20,000 bases of DNA, taken from an uncultured bacterium. GTDB taxonomy: Bacteria > UBP4 > UBA4092. The notes below the pieces were generated by a model. It was not told where the DNA came from and did not search any database. It worked only from the letters and a program-made list of their open reading frames with translations. The stretch spans positions 46,724 through 66,723 of the forward strand of contig CAZXWN010000015.1 of assembly GCA_964644695.1 (NCBI GenBank), given 5' to 3'. Both the position numbers and the translations under genes were made by a program. How positions within the stretch are numbered: position 1 is the first letter of the stretch; each line of letters begins with the position of its first letter. Of this stretch, positions 1-8,825 are shown piece after piece.

Positions 1-114
1 AGCATCGTTCCTACTTCGGATGCCTGTAATGTTTCGTATGCTACTGTTTATCCTTTAACAATGTTGTTGCGAGTCGTTTCAGCACAGTTGTTGATCTTAT
101 TCTTCCTGCAATAA
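1..114 (+). CDS. C-terminal end of a putative AspT/YidE/YbjL-family transporter (5'-truncated by the window)
   Basis: Frame 1 reads SIVPTSDACNVSYATVYPLTMLLRVVSAQLLILFFLQ* (TAA 112-114). The SYATVYPLxMxLR...QLL motif is typical of the YidE-family C-terminus. Not in the ORF track. Confidence 0.8.
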   Translation, partial: SIVPTSDACNVSYATVYPLTMLLRVVSAQLLILFFLQ

Positions 115-129
115 CCTTTTGTATCTAAG

Positions 130-171
130 AACGGCTTTTGGAAACTTCCTGTTTCTGAAAGCCGTTTTTTT
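130..171 (+). terminator. Intrinsic terminator of the transporter gene
   Basis: Stem AACGGCTTTTGGAAAC (130-145) / GTTTCTGAAAGCCGTT (151-166) with G-U pairs, ending in a T run (165-171). Confidence 0.8.
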
Positions 172-242
172 ATTTCCTTCTTTTTCCCAAATCTCTTTCC
201 CCCACAACCCTTTCCGTATCACTTAATATTCCATCTTCTAAA

Positions 243-281
243 CGAATCATCCACGGACCTGCTCGGAGCAGCTCCGTGGAT
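243..281. repeat. Dispersed palindromic element, copy 1 (REP-like or IS200/IS605-end-like hairpin)
   Basis: CGAATCATCCACGGACCTGCTCGGAGCAGCTCCGTGGAT, with arms ATCCACGGA/TCCGTGGAT and an inner CTGCT/AGCAG stem. 36/39 nt identical to 18444-18482. Confidence 0.8.
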
Positions 282-386
282 TCTTTGGTTTAATATAATG
301 AATTTGTTGTTTATGCCAAAGTATGGATACATCTATCATATGGAAATGATAAGTAGCTTGAAGGGATTTAGTTTGTACTGAGCAAT

Positions 387-427
387 AAAAAAAACCGGAG
401 TATCTTAGGCTAACAGACACTCCGGTT
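387..427 (-). terminator. Intrinsic terminator of the 444..1586 gene
   Basis: Stem AACCGGAGTATCT (393-405) / AGACACTCCGGTT (415-427); A run at 387-394 gives a U tail on the minus strand; 16 nt past the stop codon. Confidence 0.75.
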
Positions 428-443
428 ATGAAGGTTTAATATT

Positions 444-1586
444 TTATTTATTTAATGAATTCACTGGAATAAAGAAAAAGTCTGCTGGCAGGCAGGAAGA
501 TCCCGGAGGTGAGAATTCAAACTGGATGGTGCCTCCTTTGGGTTGTGCCTGATACAGCCCCACCAGACATCCTTTGGTGGCTTCAACTAAGTGATATTGG
601 TCAGCAGGTGTCAGATAGTATCCCGCTTTAGTTAGATTGTTTTCTGCCTTAGTTCCCACCACTCCCCCATATGAACAGTAATCAGCTCCCGCGGGTTGAG
701 ACATGACCACGACAGCCATCAACCGATTATCTGAACTGGTATAGGGAACCTCCACTGTATATAAAACGCCATAATTTCCAATGTTTTCTGTTTTGACATT
801 AACAGAACTGTCGTAACCTTTGACCCATTTATCAATCTGTCCATCAGCCATCCGTAATCGTTGAATTCCATTTTTGGTATCAATCGGGGATGTCTTTACA
901 TATCTGTCTGAAGTAACAAAAATGCCTCGTCCAGCATTCCTGTTATTGGGAGGTAATAGAGTCAACTGACTGTAAGTTTTTAGGGTGTTTTTGGTTTTAA
1001 CCATCCCTGCCATGATAATTTGGGTGGATTGGTGAGAGTAGATTTCATAGAACCCGTGAGCTAAATCCTGCCGTGCCGCCGGATTCTTCTCCCAAAAATC
1101 GTCCAGGAGTGCAGAACCCTTGGCGGGTATTTGAATGGTTTTTCGGTATGGCTTGGAATAAAAATCCAATAATCCAACTTTACCGATTCGACCGTAAGCT
1201 TGTGAAGGTTTGATGGCCGCGCGACGATATATGGTAACCTTACCTGGCTTATTGGTCAGATTTTTAAGAATGATGGCGAATTTATAGTGGTTGGTCGGTG
1301 AATCATTCACATTGTATAAATAAACACGAGCTGTTTCCTCTCCCAGTGTTTCAGAACAACAAATCCCTTCATCCTTGAGATATTCGGGATTGTCACTGAA
1401 AACAATCCGAGGCCCTGAATCCTTAACGGTGAAATTCATGAAGTTATGTTGTGTGGTGAGTTTTCCAATGTATAAAGTATTGCCGACGGAAGTATTCCAG
1501 ATGGCCTGTTCTAACTCAGCATTAGGCTCCATCGCCAAGGCCCCAACAGTTAATAACAATCCAGCCAATATGGATAGGTGTTTCAT
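444..1586 (-). CDS. Secreted hypothetical protein, 380 aa; possibly DUF3370-like or related to the C-terminal domain of copper-amine-oxidase-N-terminal/stalk proteins
   Basis: Long ORF; AAAGGAGA Shine-Dalgarno before ATG; Sec-type signal peptide MKHLSILAGLLLTVGALA; motifs FSDNPE and GNYGVLY recall those families. The family call is from memory and weak. Confidence 0.75.
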   Translation of the reverse strand: MKHLSILAGLLLTVGALAMEPNAELEQAIWNTSVGNTLYIGKLTTQHNFMNFTVKDSGPRIVFSDNPEYLKDEGICCSETLGEETARVYLYNVNDSPTNHYKFAIILKNLTNKPGKVTIYRRAAIKPSQAYGRIGKVGLLDFYSKPYRKTIQIPAKGSALLDDFWEKNPAARQDLAHGFYEIYSHQSTQIIMAGMVKTKNTLKTYSQLTLLPPNNRNAGRGIFVTSDRYVKTSPIDTKNGIQRLRMADGQIDKWVKGYDSSVNVKTENIGNYGVLYTVEVPYTSSDNRLMAVVVMSQPAGADYCSYGGVVGTKAENNLTKAGYYLTPADQYHLVEATKGCLVGLYQAQPKGGTIQFEFSPPGSSCLPADFFFIPVNSLNK

Positions 1587-1735
1587 GATTTCTCCTTTGT
1601 CCCTGATATATTTGAATACCCATAATTTTAACGGATATGTACTGAATCCGACAAAAAGAAGCCTGATTTAACTATATTCTTTAAATAACGTCAATAATTC
1701 CTTTACATAGATGTAATAAATGGACTTATGCCCTA

Positions 1736-1744
1736 TGTTACAAT
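1736..1744 (+). promoter_or_regulatory. Extended -10 promoter element (TGnTACAAT) of phoB
   Basis: TG-T-TACAAT ends 7 nt before ATG 1752. Confidence 0.5.
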
Positions 1745-1751
1745 CAAAATC

Positions 1752-2432
1752 ATGGCAAAAATATTAGTCATAGAAGACGAAAAACAAATCAGTGAGTTAC
1801 TGGAATATAACCTCCGTCAGGCTGGTTATTTTGTTGAGTGTGCTTTTGATGGGCAGGATGGATTACAAAAGGCCAAGACGATCAAACCTGACTTAATTGT
1901 TCTGGATTTGATGCTACCCAAAATTGACGGAATGGAAGTTTGTCGGAAACTGAAAAGTGAAGCTGACACAAAAACGATTTCGATTGTCATGTTGACTGCC
2001 AAATCCGAAGAAATAGACCGTATTGTCGGGTTAGAGATGGGTGCGGATGATTATGTCACCAAACCTTTCAGTGTCCGGGAATTGGTTTTGAGGATTAAAG
2101 CTATTCTGAAAAGAAATGATACTGTTTTACCTGAGAGTAAGAAAATTGATTTACCGGATTTACTTGTAGATCCTGAACAGCACCAAGTGTTTGTGAATGG
2201 TGAAGAAATTGTTCTGACGCATCTCGAATTCAATTTACTCCTGGCTTTGGCCAATGCCAATGGGCGAGTATTGACTCGTGACTTATTATTGAACAAAGTC
2301 TGGGGTTATGACTATTATGGCGATACTCGTACCGTTGATGTTCATGTTCGACGGTTGCGGCAAAAACTGGGTGTTGCCTGTGACCACATTCGGACTATTC
2401 GGGGTACTGGTTATCGGTTTGTAACTGAATAA
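1752..2432 (+). CDS. phoB: OmpR-family phosphate regulon response regulator (PhoB/PhoP)
   Basis: Receiver domain (ILVIEDE, LDLMLP with phospho-Asp, MLTAK, GADDYVTKPF) plus winged helix (TRTVDVHVRRLRQKL, TIRGTGY); sits next to phoR-pstSCAB-phoU. Start 1752 (MAKIL) is preferred over 1728. Confidence 0.93.
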   Translation: MAKILVIEDEKQISELLEYNLRQAGYFVECAFDGQDGLQKAKTIKPDLIVLDLMLPKIDGMEVCRKLKSEADTKTISIVMLTAKSEEIDRIVGLEMGADDYVTKPFSVRELVLRIKAILKRNDTVLPESKKIDLPDLLVDPEQHQVFVNGEEIVLTHLEFNLLLALANANGRVLTRDLLLNKVWGYDYYGDTRTVDVHVRRLRQKLGVACDHIRTIRGTGYRFVTE

Positions 2433-2450
2433 TGTAATATAAAGCAGATT

Positions 2451-4220
2451 ATGTTCAAAACACTTCGCCAGCGATGGCTGTTTTATTTTATTTTACTTCT
2501 GATTCTGACGACAATTGTATTAGATACGGTTGTCCAGAAATCCCTCCGTGATTTTCTTCGAAACCTGTCTTTAATTCAATTGGAACGGGATACAAATCTG
2601 GTTGCTTTGGTCGTGGATAAAGAATCCCTTATCCTAAAAGATGCGGTGGATTATAAGAGGCTGGCGGATGAACTTTCAATACGATTGAAAGCAAGGGTTA
2701 CCTTTATTGATGCAAAAGGAGTGGTATCCGGAGACTCAGATATTGCTCCTGAGAATTTGCGTGAAATTGAAAATCACGCCAATCGGCCGGAAGTAATAGC
2801 TGCCTATAAAGGTGTCCCCGGTCGAGGTATCAGATATTCCCATACCTTAAAAGTAGATATGGCCTATGTTGCCATTCCGATGAAAAAAGGGGAGCAAATC
2901 GTTGGAGTTATAAGGGTGTCTCGGCCCCTATTTATAATTGATTCTATTATTCGTGATGTTCGGAAAATCCTCTTTATTGGTTCTGTTCTTGCTATTACTC
3001 TTGCTTCATTAGTTGGTTTGTTTTTCATTAACCGGATGGTGAAACCGATTCGTCAGATGATTGAGGCGGCTCAACAAATATCACAGGAACGGTTCTTTCA
3101 TAAAATTCGTACTAATTCTCAGGATGAATTGCAGATTCTGGCAGATGCGCTGAATGTCATGTCGGATAAATTAGAGTCCCGATTCCGAAATATCCAGGAA
3201 GAGAAGCAGCAGTTGCAAACTATCTTGGCCAGTATGGCAGAGGGTGTCATGGTCATGGATAAACGGGGTCGAATTACTCTCACTAATGAGGCTTTTCGTC
3301 GGATTTTCATGGTAAATGATCCCATTATTGATAAAACTCCGATTGAAATTATTCGTAATCCAGAAGTGGCTCAGGCCTTGATTGATGGTGTCAACAGTGG
3401 TCAAATGATCAAAAAGGAAGTTACGTTGGCGGGCAATTCTCCCAAGGTGGTTCGACTATATGCAGCACCTCTCTGGGACGATGGAAAACAAGTGGGATTG
3501 GTGACTGTGTTCCATGATATTACGGATATTCGGAATTTGGAACAAGTAAGACGAGACTTTGTGGCCAATGTATCCCATGAATTAAGAACACCATTGACTG
3601 CAGTTCAGGGCTTCTCTGAAACGTTATTAGATGGTGCTTTAGACCAGCCTGATTTTGCTAGAAAGTTTGTTCAGAATATTTATACTCAGACACAGCGGAT
3701 GACAGCTTTGGTCCTGGATCTTTTGTGTTTGTCTCAAATTGAGTCCGGGAAAATCAGGATGGAGTTTATACCTACCGATGTCCGCGATATGATTCGCAGT
3801 GCTTTAGAGGTTGTTTCCAGTAAGGCACAAAAGCGGAATGTTACAGTAGATATTCAGATGCCTGATGAACCCGTTATGTTGAATCTGGATCGTAAGTATT
3901 TTTGTCAGGCACTGATTAATTTGTTAGACAATGCCATTAAATTCTCAGATTCGGGAATGATGGTGCAGTTACTGCTGAATGTGAAAGATGATGTCGTTAC
4001 TATTCAGTTGATTGATACGGGGTGTGGAATCCCACAAGAGGATTTGCCTCGTATCTTCGAACGGTTTTACCGGGTAGATAAATCAAGATCTGCTGAGACA
4101 GAAGGTACAGGCTTGGGGTTAGCCATCTGTCGTCATATTGTAGAAGTGCATCATGGAACTATTGCTGCTGAGAGTGTCCTTGGTAAAGGCACGTCTTTTA
4201 TTCTTTCTTTCAAGCAATAA
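2451..4220 (+). CDS. phoR: Phosphate regulon sensor histidine kinase (2 TM, extracytoplasmic domain, HAMP, PAS, HisKA, HATPase)
   Basis: H-box DFVANVSHELRTPLT, N-box NLLDNAIKF, DTGCGI, FERFYRVDKSRS, GTGLGLAI; ENHANRPEV motif typical of long PhoR proteins; operon context. Confidence 0.93.
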   Translation: MFKTLRQRWLFYFILLLILTTIVLDTVVQKSLRDFLRNLSLIQLERDTNLVALVVDKESLILKDAVDYKRLADELSIRLKARVTFIDAKGVVSGDSDIAPENLREIENHANRPEVIAAYKGVPGRGIRYSHTLKVDMAYVAIPMKKGEQIVGVIRVSRPLFIIDSIIRDVRKILFIGSVLAITLASLVGLFFINRMVKPIRQMIEAAQQISQERFFHKIRTNSQDELQILADALNVMSDKLESRFRNIQEEKQQLQTILASMAEGVMVMDKRGRITLTNEAFRRIFMVNDPIIDKTPIEIIRNPEVAQALIDGVNSGQMIKKEVTLAGNSPKVVRLYAAPLWDDGKQVGLVTVFHDITDIRNLEQVRRDFVANVSHELRTPLTAVQGFSETLLDGALDQPDFARKFVQNIYTQTQRMTALVLDLLCLSQIESGKIRMEFIPTDVRDMIRSALEVVSSKAQKRNVTVDIQMPDEPVMLNLDRKYFCQALINLLDNAIKFSDSGMMVQLLLNVKDDVVTIQLIDTGCGIPQEDLPRIFERFYRVDKSRSAETEGTGLGLAICRHIVEVHHGTIAAESVLGKGTSFILSFKQ

Positions 4221-4325
4221 GTTGTAAGTATTATTTCCATTCTTTCCTGTATTATTTATATCCTGCCTTTTGGTTTCGATCTCTCCTTTTTGAATGATTC
4301 ACAGAATGTTACAGAACTAACTCAG

Positions 4326-4370
4326 ATGCAATTATTCTGTAATCAGAATGTAATATGTAACACCTATTCT
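4326..4370 (+). promoter_or_regulatory. Pho-box-like 11-bp-period tandem and -10 element of the pst operon
   Basis: ATGCAAT (4326) - N4 - CTGTAAT (4337) - N4 - ATGTAAT (4348), then a 10-nt spacer and TATTCT (4365-4370). This matches the geometry of the E. coli Pho box (CTGTCAT-N4-CTGTCAY, 10 nt before the -10). Confidence 0.7.
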
Positions 4371-4399
4371 AATAATTGAAGACTTATAAAGGAGAAAAA

Positions 4400-5269
4400 A
4401 TGTATAAGAAAAATGTTGGTTTAATGAGAACTGTATTGATTTTGGCATGTTTGACGATGTCTGTTTCATGGGTTTTTGCAAAGGAAACTATTTCAATTAA
4501 AGGTTCTGATACTCTGGTCATCCTTGGACAACGCTGGGCTGAAGTGTACATGAAGAAAAATCCTGGTGTCCAGGTTCAGGTAACAGGCGGCGGTACAGGG
4601 ACTGGCATTGCGGCGCTCATTAATGGCACTACAGACATTTGTGAAGCATCAAGACCCATGAAAGATAAAGAAAAGGCCGATTTGAAATTAAAACGGAAAT
4701 CTGTTGCCAATGAGATCCCTGTTGCATTGGATGGTATTTCATTGTTTGTACATGCAAAAAATCCAATTAAGTCACTTACCTTAGCGCAAATTCGGGATAT
4801 CTATACCGGGGAAATCACAAATTGGAATCAGCTGGGTGGTCCTAATGCCAAGATTGTTTTATATGGTCGTGAGAACAACTCTGGGACCTATGCGTATTTT
4901 AAAGAACATGTGTTGCAGGATGATGATTTTGTTCCGCAAACCCAAACCCTTCCAGGAACGGCCGCCATTATTAATGCCGTTGCCCGGGATCCGAAAGGTA
5001 TTGGATATGGTGGGATTGCTTATGCCAAAGGGGTTCGTGCCGTAAGTGTAAGTAAGGATGCGAAGTCTCCTGCTTATGCTCCTAATGAAGCAAATGTTGA
5101 ATCAGGTATTTATCCTATTAGTAGATATTTGTTCTGGTACACTGCAGGAACACCAAAACCCAGTATTCAGAAGCTCGTTAACTGGGTCCAGACTTCCGAA
5201 GGGCAGGGCATCGTAAAGAATGTGGGTTATTATCCACTTCCCAAAAAACTGCACAAGAAATCCAAGTGA
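4400..5269 (+). CDS. pstS: Phosphate ABC transporter substrate-binding protein
   Basis: AAGGAG SD before ATG 4400; signal peptide; KGSDT, GGGTGTGI, ASRPMK, GRENNSGT and YPISRYL motifs. Confidence 0.95.
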   Translation: MYKKNVGLMRTVLILACLTMSVSWVFAKETISIKGSDTLVILGQRWAEVYMKKNPGVQVQVTGGGTGTGIAALINGTTDICEASRPMKDKEKADLKLKRKSVANEIPVALDGISLFVHAKNPIKSLTLAQIRDIYTGEITNWNQLGGPNAKIVLYGRENNSGTYAYFKEHVLQDDDFVPQTQTLPGTAAIINAVARDPKGIGYGGIAYAKGVRAVSVSKDAKSPAYAPNEANVESGIYPISRYLFWYTAGTPKPSIQKLVNWVQTSEGQGIVKNVGYYPLPKKLHKKSK

Positions 5270-5299
5270 TTAGATTAAAACTGGAAGGCCTTCCAAACC

Positions 5300-6247
5300 A
5301 TGGTTTTATTTAAAAAGAAGATTCGTTGGACCGAATTGGTAATTGAAAACACGATACGTCTGACAGCCTGGACATCAATCCTGGCAATTGTATTGATCTT
5401 TCTTTTTGTGGGGAGGGAGGCTATTCCCATATTTACAAGTTCGGAAGTAAAACAGGAAGCCAGTATCCAAAAGATGTTTTTGCCACAACAGTTTCGGCCT
5501 GATCGCCCACCTAAATTAGTGTGGCAGCCAGTCTCCACTGTCCCCAAGTATAGTCTTTACCCTCTTATAGTCGGAACTCTAAAAGTAACTTTAGTAGCTA
5601 TTTTATTTGCTGTGCCCTTGGCTATTGCTGCTGCTTTATATACAGCGGAATTTGCCAAACCCAGACTTAGAGAGATTATTAAGCCGGTGATTGAATTGTT
5701 GGCCAGTATTCCATCGGTGGTTATAGGTTTTTTCGCTCTTATGGTGTTGGCCAGCATTATCCAGAGTATATTACATCTGGATTACAGGCTGAATGGAATT
5801 AATGCAGGTATTGCTTTAGGCTTGGCAATTATTCCTGTAATTTATACTGTCTCTGAAGATGCTTTGAATTCAGTTCCCAGAAGTTATAAAGAAGCTTCGC
5901 TGGCAGTTGGAGCCACTCGATGGCAGACTGCATGGAAGGTTGTATTGCCTGCGGCATTTCCAGGGATTGCCGCTGCAGTCATCCTGGGATTTGGAAGGGC
6001 CTTCGGAGAAACAATGATTGTCTTGATGGCATCAGGAAACGCTGCTGTTGGCAACTGGGATTTTACTCAATCCGTCAGAACCTTATCTGCAACTATTGCC
6101 ACAGAACTAGCCGAAGTAGTTCATGGAAGTGCTCACTACCATGTACTGTTTTTCATAGGAGTCTTTTTGTTCATTATCACTTTTGGAATTAATTTCCTGG
6201 GCAGTTGGTTTATCTCAAAATTCAAATCGAAATTGTCAGGAGTTTGA
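5300..6247 (+). CDS. pstC: Phosphate ABC transporter permease
   Basis: Multi-TM protein with ELLASIPSVVIG, EAA loop (EASLAVGATRWQT) and GRAFGETM. Confidence 0.95.
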   Translation: MVLFKKKIRWTELVIENTIRLTAWTSILAIVLIFLFVGREAIPIFTSSEVKQEASIQKMFLPQQFRPDRPPKLVWQPVSTVPKYSLYPLIVGTLKVTLVAILFAVPLAIAAALYTAEFAKPRLREIIKPVIELLASIPSVVIGFFALMVLASIIQSILHLDYRLNGINAGIALGLAIIPVIYTVSEDALNSVPRSYKEASLAVGATRWQTAWKVVLPAAFPGIAAAVILGFGRAFGETMIVLMASGNAAVGNWDFTQSVRTLSATIATELAEVVHGSAHYHVLFFIGVFLFIITFGINFLGSWFISKFKSKLSGV

Positions 6248-6253
6248 TTCGTT

Positions 6254-7189
6254 ATGCTGTCAAAACGAATATCAAATTATAAAACCCGACTTTGGAGTGG
6301 GTTGTTTGAGAACCTGACCTTGGTGGCAACTCTGGTTATTTTAGCATTGTTGTTTATTATCCTGGGCAATGTTGTGTGGTTTGGTTGGAAGAGTATGACC
6401 TGGAGTTTTCTAACGACTTCACCTTCTGATGGAATGACAGGGGGAGGGATATTTCCCTGTATCGTCGGAACATTAGCTCTGGTACTGTTAATGACCGTTA
6501 TGGCTATTCCTTTGGGAGTTATGACAGCCATTTATTTGAATGAATATGCGGGAGATAATTCTCTAATAACTAAGGTTGTCCGGTTGGCTGTCAACAATTT
6601 GGCCGGCGTTCCCTCAATCGTATTTGGATTATTTGGTTTAGGTTTCTTTGTGTATTTTGTGGGGTCGCAGATTGATCAGCAAGTACTGCGCTTAGGTCCG
6701 GATGCCAGTCCAGTGTGGGGTCAACCTGCGCTGATATGGGCTGCCATGACAATGGCACTGTTAACTCTGCCTGTTGTTATTGTTACGACGGAAGAAGCTA
6801 TCCGAGCAATTCCCAGAGATATTCGTGAGGCCAGCTATGCTCTGGGTGCGACAAGATGGCAAACTATTTATAAGGTAGTTTTACCGCAGGCTCTTCCTGG
6901 TATTTATACAGGAGGGATATTAGCAGTAAGTCGTGGTGCAGGTGAGGTCGCTCCCATCTTATTCCTGGGTGCTGCCTATTTTTTACCAAACTTACCTTCT
7001 AAAGCGACAGATCAATTCATGGTATTGGGTTACCATGTTTTTATCCTTTCGACGCAGTCACCGGATGTTGAATTAACGAAACCTATTCTCTATGGGACGG
7101 TTTTAGTCCTGTTACTCCTGACATTCACACTGAATTTTATCGCCATAATAATCCGTAGCAAGATTCGCCGGAAACTGCATAATGCTTGA
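6254..7189 (+). CDS. pstA: Phosphate ABC transporter permease
   Basis: [27 protein letters not shown] and RGAGEVAP motifs; follows pstC. Confidence 0.95.
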   Translation: MLSKRISNYKTRLWSGLFENLTLVATLVILALLFIILGNVVWFGWKSMTWSFLTTSPSDGMTGGGIFPCIVGTLALVLLMTVMAIPLGVMTAIYLNEYAGDNSLITKVVRLAVNNLAGVPSIVFGLFGLGFFVYFVGSQIDQQVLRLGPDASPVWGQPALIWAAMTMALLTLPVVIVTTEEAIRAIPRDIREASYALGATRWQTIYKVVLPQALPGIYTGGILAVSRGAGEVAPILFLGAAYFLPNLPSKATDQFMVLGYHVFILSTQSPDVELTKPILYGTVLVLLLLTFTLNFIAIIIRSKIRRKLHNA

Positions 7190-7200
7190 GGAAATGCCTA

Positions 7201-8091
7201 ATGAATGAACTTTTGGTCCGCGATGATGAGGAAACTGAAATGAGCCAGAATACACCGGAAATTACTGAACAACGGAGTATGAATAGTGGGGCTTTGTCAC
7301 GACTCGTAAATTCTGTTGCCAGTGAATTGGCTGACTGTAAAATTAAAATGCAGACAAATGAGTTAGGTGTGTTTTATGGGAATAACCATGTTTTGCATAA
7401 GGTGTCCTTGCGGATTCCCGAAAAAATGATTGTGGCTCTTATTGGACCTTCAGGCTGTGGTAAATCAACTTATCTGCGAACATTAAACCGGATGAATGAT
7501 TTGGTGCCTGGTTTTCATAAGGATGGCAGTATTTTACTTGATGGAACGGATATCTATTCAAAAGAGATCGATGTTATAGAAATTCGCAGACGCGTAGGAA
7601 TGGTATTCCAAAGATCAAACCCCTTTCCAAAATCAATATTTGATAATGTAGCTTATGGGCTTCGTATCAACTACAAATTATCTGTGAGTGAACTGGAAGA
7701 TCGTGTGGAATACAGTTTGAAATCAGCTGCGTTGTGGGATGAAGTCCATGACCGGCTTCATCACTCGGCCCTAGGACTATCTGGCGGACAACAGCAGAGG
7801 CTTTGTATTGCCAGAGCTTTGGCAATTCAGCCGGAAGTGATATTGATGGATGAACCGGCATCAGCCCTGGATCCGATTGCTACGGCTAAAATTGAGGAGC
7901 TGGTTCTGGAGCTTAAGAAAGACTATACAATCGCCATCGTGACACATAACATGCAGCAGGCGGCCCGAATCAGTGATTATACGGCGTTTTTCTGGCTAGG
8001 GAAACTGATAGAATATGACCAGACTGAAAAGATATTTACCAATCCAACTCAGAAACTAACCGAAGACTATGTAACAGGGCGGTTTGGTTGA
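7201..8091 (+). CDS. pstB: Phosphate ABC transporter ATP-binding protein
   Basis: Walker A GPSGCGKS, signature [13 protein letters not shown], Walker [13 protein letters not shown]-terminal YVTGRFG. Start is uncertain: ATG 7201 and ATG 7240 both have an upstream GAGG. Confidence 0.95.
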   Translation: MNELLVRDDEETEMSQNTPEITEQRSMNSGALSRLVNSVASELADCKIKMQTNELGVFYGNNHVLHKVSLRIPEKMIVALIGPSGCGKSTYLRTLNRMNDLVPGFHKDGSILLDGTDIYSKEIDVIEIRRRVGMVFQRSNPFPKSIFDNVAYGLRINYKLSVSELEDRVEYSLKSAALWDEVHDRLHHSALGLSGGQQQRLCIARALAIQPEVILMDEPASALDPIATAKIEELVLELKKDYTIAIVTHNMQQAARISDYTAFFWLGKLIEYDQTEKIFTNPTQKLTEDYVTGRFG

Positions 8092-8107
8092 TATAAAGGG
8101 AGTAAAG

Positions 8108-8764
8108 ATGCAAAGACATTTTGATGATGAACTGCAGCATTTAAAAGAACAACTCCTTTTGATGGGAGGAAGTGTCGAGACGGCTATCAATAAGAGTATT
8201 CGCGCACTGACAGACCGTAACTCCGACCTGGCACAAGATGTTATCGCCCATGATGAAGATATTGATCAGATGGAGATCTCCGTTGATAATGTCTGTCTTC
8301 GACTTCTTGCCTTGTATCAGCCGACGGCAGCAGATCTCAGATTCATTACAGCGAGCATTTTAATCAACAGTAATCTGGAGCGGATTGCTGATCAGGCGGT
8401 CAATATTGCGGAACGCGCACTGGAGCTGAATCTACAACCCATTTTAAAACCTTTGATTGATATTCCCCGCATGTCCAGAATTGCTGAGGAAATGACCATG
8501 AAGAGTCTGGATGCTCTTGTGCAGCGGGATGCCGACAAAGCCAGAGCTGTTCGGATGATGGATAATGAACTGGATGATCTCAATGAGCAGGTGTTCAGAG
8601 AATTGTTGACCTATATGATGAGTGATGGGAGTACGATTACTCGTGCGGTTCACTTGATATTGATTTCCAGGAGTCTGGAACGTATTGGAGATCACGCCAC
8701 GAATATCGCTGAGGAAGTAATATTTATGGTGGAAGGGGCTGTGGTCAAACATTCGGCCCGGTAA
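8108..8764 (+). CDS. phoU: Phosphate signalling complex protein PhoU
   Basis: GGGAG SD before ATG 8108; QPTAADLR, LERIADQAVNIA and LERIGDHATNIAE duplicated PhoU domains. Confidence 0.95.
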   Translation: MQRHFDDELQHLKEQLLLMGGSVETAINKSIRALTDRNSDLAQDVIAHDEDIDQMEISVDNVCLRLLALYQPTAADLRFITASILINSNLERIADQAVNIAERALELNLQPILKPLIDIPRMSRIAEEMTMKSLDALVQRDADKARAVRMMDNELDDLNEQVFRELLTYMMSDGSTITRAVHLILISRSLERIGDHATNIAEEVIFMVEGAVVKHSAR

Positions 8765-8780
8765 GTAAAATAGAAATAAT

Positions 8781-8812
8781 AAAGAAGCGGTCTTGTGAGG
8801 CCGCTTCTTTTT
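8781..8812. terminator. Probable bidirectional terminator between phoU and namZ
   Basis: AAAGAAGCGGTCT-TGTG-AGGCCGCTTCTTT hairpin with A-rich and T-rich flanks between convergent genes. Confidence 0.85.
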
Positions 8813-8825
8813 ATTTATCGCACGT

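Noticed and set aside
165-240. Pyrimidine-rich tract after the first terminator
   Set aside because: No periodicity, convincing ORF or structure is evident; probably ordinary intergenic sequence.
243-281. Hairpin repeat as a CRISPR repeat
   Set aside because: Only two isolated copies 18 kb apart, with no spacer periodicity and no cas genes.
2419-2438. TTGTAAC...ATGTAAT at the phoB-phoR junction as an internal Pho box
   Set aside because: The spacing is 13 bp rather than 11, and it overlaps coding sequence.
7186-7345. N-terminal extension of PstB as a novel domain
   Set aside because: It is short and low-information, the start codon is ambiguous, and variable N-termini are common in PstB.
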